Positions 57,052-64,000 of a stretch of 64,000 nt of DNA are shown in pieces. The stretch lies in contig JBGTMQ010000019.1 in NCBI GenBank assembly GCA_041743505.1, positions 70,147 to 134,146 of the forward strand, written 5' to 3'. This DNA comes from Candidatus Saccharimonadia bacterium. Its GTDB lineage: Bacteria; Patescibacteriota; Saccharimonadia; UBA4664. Made by a program: the position numbers and the translations under genes. Numbering within the stretch: the stretch's first letter is position 1; the number at the start of each line of letters is the position of its first letter. The notes under the pieces were generated by a model. That model did not search any database. It was not told the DNA's origin and was given only the letters and a program-made list of their open reading frames with translations.

Positions 57052-58344
57052 ATGAATAACCACGCTGAAGCCGTCTTTCTAATTCAAGCGGCAGTTCTTA
57101 TCGGTATACCTTATGCCTTGTGGCAAATTAAAGCCATCCGCAGTTTTATGCCACTCGTGGTCATCCAGGTATTGCTCGGAATCGTGCTGGGCCCCTCGCT
57201 CTTTGGTTACCTCGCCCCGGATCTCTTTAACCAGCTCTTTGCCCCGGATTCGCTAAAAGTATTAAGCGGGGTTGGTTGGCTGGGCGTATGTATGCTAGGG
57301 TTTCTGACCGGCCTGCATTTTGACTTAAGCGAAGTCGCCAAACGAGGCTTCAAGTTTTTTTTCTTCAGCCTGAGTACCATGATCGTGCCTATGGCTCTAG
57401 GTGCACTCCTCGCCTATGGAATTTATGCTTCCCAAATAATACCTATTGGTGTCCACCCGGCCATATTCATATTCGGCATGAGCATTGCCTTTGGGGTTAC
57501 CGCGCTGCCGGTCCTAAGCGCCATCCTCATTGAAATGCGCTTAATAGACACCAGCATCGGCCAGCGCGTGCTTGGTTATGCCACATTAAATGATGCCATG
57601 CTATGGGTATTTGTGGCCGTATTAGCCGCCGTCACGGCTTCAGGATCAGCCGGCGACGCATCTTCCGTAGTATCAACAACCCTACTCATGCTGGTGCGTA
57701 TCTTCGGCTTCCTAGCCATCATGTATCTCGCGGTCCGGCCGCTACTGGGTCACGCCTACGACAAAGGCTGGATAGCCAGCGATACAGCACCCGCCCATCT
57801 CGCCATTCTTCTTTCCCTAGCCTTTGTCTGTGCCATTATCACGCAGGTAATCGGGGTACACTTCTTACTTGGAGCGTTTATATTTGGCATCATGCTGCCG
57901 GCTCCAGTCAAGCGCCGCCTCCACGGCATACTTGATACGTTCACCATGGTCGTCTTGATGCCTTTCTATTTCATGCTTGTCGGCCTTCAAACATCGTTTT
58001 CTTTCAGCGATAGCAGTGTGTGGGTACTCTTTGGAGCGGCCACCTTCGTGGCAGTTATTGGAAAAATGCTGGGCACGGCTCTGCCAGATTATTACATCAA
58101 CCGTTCCGGACTTGCCGAATCCCTCCGGGCCGGCGCCTTAATGCAAACCAAGGGCCTCATGGAAGTCATCGTCTTAAACATTATGCTGGCGGCCCATATC
58201 ATCACGCCTACGGTATTCACTGCTATGTTACTTATGGCTGTCGCAACGACTTTCCTAACCAAGCCTCTCATGCTGCTTATTGCAAAGATACTTTCCAGCC
58301 CGCCACCACAAGCACCCTTCCGGCCTGCTGCCCAGACCAATTAA
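57052..58344 (+). CDS. Cation:proton antiporter (CPA2)
   Basis: GIVLGPS, TALPVL, LND, LGAFIFG and KGLME motifs. Confidence 0.9.
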   Translation: MNNHAEAVFLIQAAVLIGIPYALWQIKAIRSFMPLVVIQVLLGIVLGPSLFGYLAPDLFNQLFAPDSLKVLSGVGWLGVCMLGFLTGLHFDLSEVAKRGFKFFFFSLSTMIVPMALGALLAYGIYASQIIPIGVHPAIFIFGMSIAFGVTALPVLSAILIEMRLIDTSIGQRVLGYATLNDAMLWVFVAVLAAVTASGSAGDASSVVSTTLLMLVRIFGFLAIMYLAVRPLLGHAYDKGWIASDTAPAHLAILLSLAFVCAIITQVIGVHFLLGAFIFGIMLPAPVKRRLHGILDTFTMVVLMPFYFMLVGLQTSFSFSDSSVWVLFGAATFVAVIGKMLGTALPDYYINRSGLAESLRAGALMQTKGLMEVIVLNIMLAAHIITPTVFTAMLLMAVATTFLTKPLMLLIAKILSSPPPQAPFRPAAQTN

Positions 58345-58627
58345 AGCCGGATGAAATTACTGGTATAAACGTCCGCCTCACCCTTATCAAACAACTTCAA
58401 AACCTCCACTTCCAGTGATGTCTTGCCGGTTTCAAGTATCAGCTTTCGAACCGCCACTTTACCATAGTAACGGTAATTTTCGTCACAAATCTCAACCGGA
58501 TATTCAGCGGGTAAAGCCGCTCTTTGCTCTTCGTAATCCGGTATGGTTCCCCAACCCTGATAGTTTTCAGGTCCAGTACGTCGGGTGGTACAACCAGCAA
58601 GCAATTAAATTCCAGCTGATACCCCAA
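58341..58627 (-). pseudogene. DUF2584-like gene split by a 1-nt frameshift
   Basis: MGYQLEFN...RLYPLNI continues in another frame as PVEICD...GKVAVRKL. Confidence 0.65.
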
Positions 58628-58630
58628 AAT

Positions 58631-59074
58631 TTATAGAACCTGATGCCGCTTGCCGCGCGCTAAGTGCTCTTCGTCAAACAAATAAATCGCCTCGGGACTC
58701 AGCTTGTACAGCCTGTGCAAAGTATTCCCAGCCACAAAGTCGCTCACCCAGTCATCGGTTTTCAAGAACCGCTGAGCATAACGCTCCACAATGCCTCGGT
58801 CATAATCCGGCGGTTGCAATACCGCTGCCCGGCCTTCAAGCTGCACGCCAATCACGGCTTGCCCAACTACAGAATTTACGGCCATCGCTGCCGCCACCCG
58901 CGGGTTCGCCGCAATATCCTGGCTATGCCGCCGCGTCGGCAAGCTGGCCCAATACAAGTTACGGTCCGCATCAGCAATAAACCAAACGGTACATGCCCAC
59001 GGCCCGTCATTGGCAGCCGTCGCCAGCTGCATCACATGCTGCTCGGCTAAATACTGATCTAGTAATTCTTGCAT
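58631..59074 (-). CDS. Pyridoxamine 5'-phosphate oxidase-like FMN-binding protein
   Basis: MQLAT...PW...VWF, RHSQDI..NPRVA and GVQLEG motifs. Confidence 0.85.
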   Translation of the reverse strand: MQELLDQYLAEQHVMQLATAANDGPWACTVWFIADADRNLYWASLPTRRHSQDIAANPRVAAAMAVNSVVGQAVIGVQLEGRAAVLQPPDYDRGIVERYAQRFLKTDDWVSDFVAGNTLHRLYKLSPEAIYLFDEEHLARGKRHQVL

Positions 59075-59244
59075 AGCTGACATTATAAGCTATTGATCCG
59101 CCCTAAAACATCGAACCTCGATTCGAGACCTTGGGGTGGTGCCGGAGTCCATATCCGGCTCCTCGCATTTGGATAATGCGAGAGGCCCCGTTTTGCGTCT
59201 TGGCGACGCGGGATGGGGTTCCTGGGAAGCGAATCTCGCCGTCC

Positions 59245-59766
59245 TTACGTGAACTGCAAGAGTTGATCAGGGTCCAGGCCGAGACGGTACGCGCTAAGCA
59301 ACAAGATGAAATGCTTTGCAAATTGTTGCAGCTCTTGGCGCACCAGGGTCAGGTTTCGCCGATAAAGCAGGCGCATTAACCCAGTTTCCACGAGCGCGTC
59401 AATGACGGCCGTGATCTGATCCTCAACCCCCCATTCATCCATTTCCCTGTAGGCTGCAGTGGTAAATCGCTCCTGCCAACCATTCGAAAAATCAGACCAG
59501 CTAAGCAGCTTGGCGAAGTGCGACCCGGCCAGGGTGCGGGCAAATACCTCCAGAGGAGCGTAAACCTGGTCCGTACGGTTCGGGCCGTCAGCCAACGGAT
59601 CTCTGATAGGCTGCAGCGAATCCGAAGCGACACCGGGGAACTGCTCACCCTGGCCGCCAGGAAATTGGCCGGTTAGGTTGAACAGAGCCATGCGTATATG
59701 TCGCTTCATGTCTTCGTGAGAGATAGCAGCTTGGAATAGCAGGTTCTGCTTCGTTGTGAAGGCCAT
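59245..59766 (-). CDS. Hypothetical protein
   Basis: AGGAG RBS; TATAAT upstream. Confidence 0.55.
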   Translation of the reverse strand: MAFTTKQNLLFQAAISHEDMKRHIRMALFNLTGQFPGGQGEQFPGVASDSLQPIRDPLADGPNRTDQVYAPLEVFARTLAGSHFAKLLSWSDFSNGWQERFTTAAYREMDEWGVEDQITAVIDALVETGLMRLLYRRNLTLVRQELQQFAKHFILLLSAYRLGLDPDQLLQFT

Positions 59767-59868
59767 CTCGGTCTCCTGGTTGTAGAAGGTACACCACCTA
59801 AATTACATTATAACACATAATGGGCTACAAGTAAAGCAAGTCTCCTGCGAACGGCTGCGGTCAGCACG

Positions 59869-60294
59869 TTACCAAGCCGGATTACCCGGTACATAAGTCC
59901 CAAACGACCAGTGAAACCCTTCCGGGTCAAGCAAGTCACAAGCATAGTTTCCCCACGCAGTTTCTACGGGTGCCCTGAGAGACTTCGCTCCGGCTTTCAT
60001 CGCCCTATCGTATAACTCACGAACAGCCTCCTCCGAACCGAGGGTAATGTATGGTCCTTGTCTGGATGTATGGTTCTTAACGTGAGGCACTTCAAAACCT
60101 TCATGATCAGCTTGGACCATAACAACTGCCTCACCAAGCTTCAACTCAGCATGAGCGATACCGCCTCTTTCTTCGTCAGGGTATGCCACAACCTTCTCAA
60201 ACCCGAACGCCTCGCTCAAAAATTTAATCGCGTTAGATGGGTCCTTGTAGCACAAGAACAAAAATAATTTCGGCTGCTCATTATCTGCCATCAT
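59869..60294 (-). CDS. VOC/glyoxalase family protein
   Basis: AIKFL.EAFGF, HAELKLG and WG...DPEG..WSF motifs. Confidence 0.9.
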   Translation of the reverse strand: MMADNEQPKLFLFLCYKDPSNAIKFLSEAFGFEKVVAYPDEERGGIAHAELKLGEAVVMVQADHEGFEVPHVKNHTSRQGPYITLGSEEAVRELYDRAMKAGAKSLRAPVETAWGNYACDLLDPEGFHWSFGTYVPGNPAW

Positions 60295-60372
60295 TAATCC
60301 TTTTCATTAATCGTCATGCCACCCATTATATTTGTTGGCCTATAACTATTGATTGAATAAAAACGCCAAAAC

Positions 60373-61041
60373 TCAGCCGCCCAAGTGTCTGGCAATTATC
60401 TGCCCCGGCGTTTCTGATCTCAGTAGCTTAAATGCCCGGGTCATATGCGCCTGGTCTGCGAAGCCTGCCTCAGCCGCAGCGTTTGACACAGAGTATCCCT
60501 GTTGCAGCAGGAAAAACGCGTAACGCGCCCGCCTCAGTTGCTCGATCTGTTTTTTGGTTACCCCGGTCGTATCTTTGTGCTGCCGTTGCCAGCTGCGCCT
60601 TGAAAGCCCCCTAACATCACCATTTAAAGACCGCTCTATCGCCTCATCAGACACAATAACTCCATCGCGCTCGAGTTTTACCACAAAATCCTCAATCGTT
60701 TCATACGACGGTATCGAATATGCCACCCCGGCTATCAAAACTTGCCGGCCCACGACCAGCAACGCAGCGATAGCCCCAAGTATCGCCGGCTTTTTCACCC
60801 CGCGCAAAACTATGTGTGCTTTAAATTCCACTCCCCAGTGACGCTCACCCCGCACACAATATAGTTGCCGCGGGGTCAGACTTGGACCAATTAGCTCGGC
60901 CGACAACCGGCCATCAGTATGCTCAGTAAACGCCAGCCCCCAATATTCGTTGGCTGGGTCTACGAACCTGTCATCTTCGCTGACCACGGCTCGCCAAACG
61001 CAGTTAACAAGCTTCAATCCTGATGAATGCTGCTCGTACAT
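60373..61041 (-). CDS. AraC-family regulator
   Basis: C-terminal AAEAGFADQAHMTRAFK...TPG. Confidence 0.88.
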   Translation of the reverse strand: MYEQHSSGLKLVNCVWRAVVSEDDRFVDPANEYWGLAFTEHTDGRLSAELIGPSLTPRQLYCVRGERHWGVEFKAHIVLRGVKKPAILGAIAALLVVGRQVLIAGVAYSIPSYETIEDFVVKLERDGVIVSDEAIERSLNGDVRGLSRRSWQRQHKDTTGVTKKQIEQLRRARYAFFLLQQGYSVSNAAAEAGFADQAHMTRAFKLLRSETPGQIIARHLGG

Positions 61042-61071
61042 GAACCTATTTGACCTATATTTTGCGCTAGA

Positions 61072-61674
61072 TTACTGAACAATAGCAGCAGTGTCTTTTG
61101 GTTGGCGGCCTATCAGGCCCAACAACTTATCTTCCGACGAGGCATCGTCTTTAATCCTAATCTCGGGCGGGAAAACACCGGCCTCACGCAAATAGTCTGC
61201 GTTTGGGGCAGCGATGTCCCACAAGCCTTTCACGACATCTTCGGGCAGACTTACATCCACGCCGGTAAGCGCCCCGATATCATATGCTGCTGTACTACGC
61301 TGGAGGGAGATATCAGACAAATAGTCACTGGCCGGAAAGTCACCATACGAGATGTGCACCACCTGCTTCATATCAGTCTGCGCCCTAGCCGCTTCATTTG
61401 CAGCGTCACTCAACTTTTCATAATTGGCCATAGGGTCATCCTTGAGCAGATCCTCATCGAACTCTGTATTGGTCGCCAGCCCCGTTTCCCCATGCAGGAC
61501 CTTCGGTACGCACAAGTTCTCGTACGCCAAGATATTAATCGTTGTCTTCAGCACTTGGCCGTCACGGTAGCGCATGTGTGCCGGTACTTCCAGCTCAAAT
61601 TGTTCCGGAGTTATCTGTTTTACAGCATCAGTCAGCGCTTGGTTGGTAGCAACAAAAAGTTTTTTGACATCCAT
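61072..61674 (-). CDS. TIGR03086-like (DinB/MDMPI superfamily) protein
   Basis: VH.SYG..PA..YL, YDI and LL.LIGR.P motifs; the usual metal-binding histidines appear substituted. Confidence 0.7.
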   Translation of the reverse strand: MDVKKLFVATNQALTDAVKQITPEQFELEVPAHMRYRDGQVLKTTINILAYENLCVPKVLHGETGLATNTEFDEDLLKDDPMANYEKLSDAANEAARAQTDMKQVVHISYGDFPASDYLSDISLQRSTAAYDIGALTGVDVSLPEDVVKGLWDIAAPNADYLREAGVFPPEIRIKDDASSEDKLLGLIGRQPKDTAAIVQ

Positions 61675-61716
61675 AGTTATCAATATACCAGACTGATGGA
61701 GGTATAGAATATAACC

Positions 61717-62106
61717 ATGAACACCCAATCCATCAGTGTTTACGGGGTTTATCTTAACGAAGCCGCCGAAGTACTATTAATAAACGACTCGAGTTCACAC
61801 GTATGGGGGTTCCCTGGCGGCTCAGTCGAAAAAGATGAGACCGAAACCCAAGCCCTAAAACGAGAATTTATTGAAGAAGCTGGTCTAACAATTCTAGGCA
61901 AACCTGTATTTATAACTGAACAAACTCACAACGGAAAAATACGACGCTTTTACTCGCTAGAAAATGTTGAGGGGAGTTTGCTAATCGACGGTAACAACGA
62001 CGATACCGCGGCAGCCAAGTTCTTTAGTCCACCAAATCTCGATAATATGCCATTAGCTCAAGGTGTGAAGGAAATTTTGGAACAGCACCATCAACGAAGT
62101 CCATAA
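61717..62106 (+). CDS. NUDIX hydrolase
   Basis: PGGSVEKDETETQALKREFIEEAG. Confidence 0.88.
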   Translation: MNTQSISVYGVYLNEAAEVLLINDSSSHVWGFPGGSVEKDETETQALKREFIEEAGLTILGKPVFITEQTHNGKIRRFYSLENVEGSLLIDGNNDDTAAAKFFSPPNLDNMPLAQGVKEILEQHHQRSP

Positions 62107-62246
62107 TCTGCCTACTGGTATAGTAACAACAACATGAGTTTCAAGTACTTCGGCCTGGTTTGGCGCATTTTTTACTCCGATACTATTTATCGCTTATACA
62201 TAACAAAAACCTCCAAGTTGGAAGTGGAGAGCTATACAATAATCCC

Positions 62247-62903
62247 ATGAGAATATTAATCTTTGGCGACAGCATATCCCAGGGCTACTTCGATTTAGAA
62301 ATGGGCGGGTGGGTCAATCTGCTGGCCATCGATGTGTTGAAACGCAAAGTCCGCCGCAACGACAACCCCACCGAGGTCTTTAATGTCTCCGTATCCGGCG
62401 ATACGACTCGCCGCGTCATAACGCGCCTAAAGGCCGAAATCAAGCCCAGGCTTTGGAAAGCCGAGCCGGTTTTACTCATCTTTGCCATTGGCATAAACGA
62501 TACGCACCTGGAAAATGACCGGCCAGTCTCCACCCTTGAGCAATTTGCTACAGAGCTAGAGGAGCTATATGGCCTTGCCTCGTCATCCTCGAACCACATC
62601 ATCTTTATCGGCCTGCAGCCCGTGGATGAAGCTGAAAGCTCTCCCTGGAAATTTAATATTGGCCCAGATAAACTGAGCTGGAAAAATAGTCGAATCCGCC
62701 TCTTTGACACCCAGCTCAAAAACTTCGCCGAAAGTAGGGGTGCCGGTTACATACCCATCTTTGACGCTTTCATTAAGCAACAGCAAAAAGGCGTAAAGCT
62801 GCATGCCGACGGTCTGCACCCCAATAGCGATGGGCACAAGCTTATGTACCAACTCATCCAGCCGACAATCAACGAGGTATATCAAAGACTAAAATCTAGC
62901 TAG
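62247..62903 (+). CDS. SGNH/GDSL esterase
   Basis: FGDSI, SG, GIND and DGLHPN motifs. Confidence 0.92.
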   Translation: MRILIFGDSISQGYFDLEMGGWVNLLAIDVLKRKVRRNDNPTEVFNVSVSGDTTRRVITRLKAEIKPRLWKAEPVLLIFAIGINDTHLENDRPVSTLEQFATELEELYGLASSSSNHIIFIGLQPVDEAESSPWKFNIGPDKLSWKNSRIRLFDTQLKNFAESRGAGYIPIFDAFIKQQQKGVKLHADGLHPNSDGHKLMYQLIQPTINEVYQRLKSS

Positions 62904-63655
62904 GCGGGCCGGTCGTTGAAACTTAGCCATAAAAATATGGCGGCTGCACACATATCTGCCAGTGTCCCAATCCCAACTTGGGGATTATTCTGCTTCTGGG
63001 CATTAAAAATAGCTTTCGTCGACAGTATAACTTCACCCTTCTCGCTATACTCATCAAAAAAGGCCCGTAAAATGGGCAACCCTCGCTTATAGTGGTCAGT
63101 CCATTGAAAGATCGAGCTCTCAGGTGGGAAGTCCTTACCAGCTGCTATGTAATAATCCCAAACGCTTTCTAGATCTTTGTATTTACCCGGCCCAAAAACG
63201 GTCTTGTAAGGCCTGGTTGACGTTGACCAGGCCAGCTTCCTGGTGGCCATCAAGAAACCAACATCATCGTTTCGCGTCTTCTTGATAAGCTCAATAACCG
63301 TATCAATAACAGCATCCGGATCATTAGTCGTTAAACGCGCGGCAACAACCGGAAACATTATCTCTAGCAAGCCAAAGTTAACGTATTTAGCAGATTTATG
63401 CTTATTCGATGACTCTAGGGCGGCCACATTGTAGGCAAAAAGCGGAGCGTTCGGATTTTGTGCTAGCGACTGGGCAAACACGGCAAAAGCACCCGAGCAA
63501 TTAATGCCTGCCAATACAAAATCCCGAAGCGGTTTCCCGGGCAGATCTTCGTATCTTGTGGTGCAGCCTGGTTTATCGGTCAAGGCTTCAAGCACAAAAG
63601 CCTTTGCTACAAGTTGTTGTACCTCTTGGGCCGATAGCGAGTGTTCCTGAGTCAT
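62900..63655 (-). CDS. CitG/MdcB-like triphosphoribosyl-transferase family protein
   Basis: LEA..KPG, N.G and GTLAD..AA..F motifs. Confidence 0.65.
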   Translation of the reverse strand: MTQEHSLSAQEVQQLVAKAFVLEALTDKPGCTTRYEDLPGKPLRDFVLAGINCSGAFAVFAQSLAQNPNAPLFAYNVAALESSNKHKSAKYVNFGLLEIMFPVVAARLTTNDPDAVIDTVIELIKKTRNDDVGFLMATRKLAWSTSTRPYKTVFGPGKYKDLESVWDYYIAAGKDFPPESSIFQWTDHYKRGLPILRAFFDEYSEKGEVILSTKAIFNAQKQNNPQVGIGTLADMCAAAIFLWLSFNDRPA

Positions 63656-63718
63656 AATAGCTTTCTTCAACAAAGTGTACGAAGTTAGGGTCGCGCTAAG
63701 TTTGGATCCTTCCTAAGG

Positions 63719-64000
63719 CTATATCGCCTTAAACTGTACATTTAATCGCTTAGGAACCTTAAAGTCGATTGATTTTACAGGATACTTCTCGGCTAGTTGT
63801 TTCGGAATCTCGGGTTCATCAATCTTAGTGAGAGAGAAGCCATTCTGAAGAAACGGACTTGTATACTGCTGCAGGTTTCTGTGAATTTTAGTCACATTAC
63901 TATAGGTGGTACCGATTCGGACCTCAAACCGTCGCATCTCCCAATACGGAATGTCATCATCGGGATGAGAGAATATTGCCAGAAGTGGATGTTGCACCGA
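63719..64000 (-). CDS. 3' end of a probable class I SAM methyltransferase (truncated by window edge)
   Basis: HP...HR.LQQY...L..GF.L..I.EP pattern. Confidence 0.55.
   Translation of the reverse strand, partial: SVQHPLLAIFSHPDDDIPYWEMRRFEVRIGTTYSNVTKIHRNLQQYTSPFLQNGFSLTKIDEPEIPKQLAEKYPVKSIDFKVPKRLNVQFKAI

Noticed and set aside
59103-59321. Possible frameshifted extension of the 59245-59766 ORF
   Set aside because: No homology cue or slippery site to justify joining the frames

Overview
Bacterial chromosomal segment that looks like Patescibacteria/CPR, probably Saccharimonadia (inferred from the monoderm type IV pilus set with no secretin in the window, short TsaB, comEC and rny-ymdB-HU; not proven). 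Core genes: comEC, yebC, ruvC, ruvA, ruvB, a pilB-pilC-pilin-pilM/N/O cluster, tsaE-tsaB, rny, ymdB and hup. They are interleaved with many single-gene insertions, several encoding actinobacterial-type secreted proteins (DUF2690, S53 protease, cutinase, Cys-rich proteins). There are two carbohydrate systems. The first is a GT2 synthase flanked by two CBM-bearing polysaccharide deacetylases, with an unannotated 59-aa protein that is almost only an LPxTG sorting signal plus a coupled 33-aa membrane peptide; this is my best candidate for an undescribed system. The second is a glgA-PHP-GH57-kinase-glgP glucan operon. Also present: a complete IS1595 (26-bp TIRs, 8-bp TSD) inserted into the end of a 296-bp MITE-like element, three roughly 0.7-kb cassette-like units inside the pilus locus that end in related hairpins, several small ORFs below the 60-aa track cutoff, and a window-wide pattern of -10 boxes 6-7 nt before ATG (probable leaderless mRNAs). 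I recognised no rRNA, tRNA or CRISPR array. All family calls are from motif recognition by eye, not database searches.
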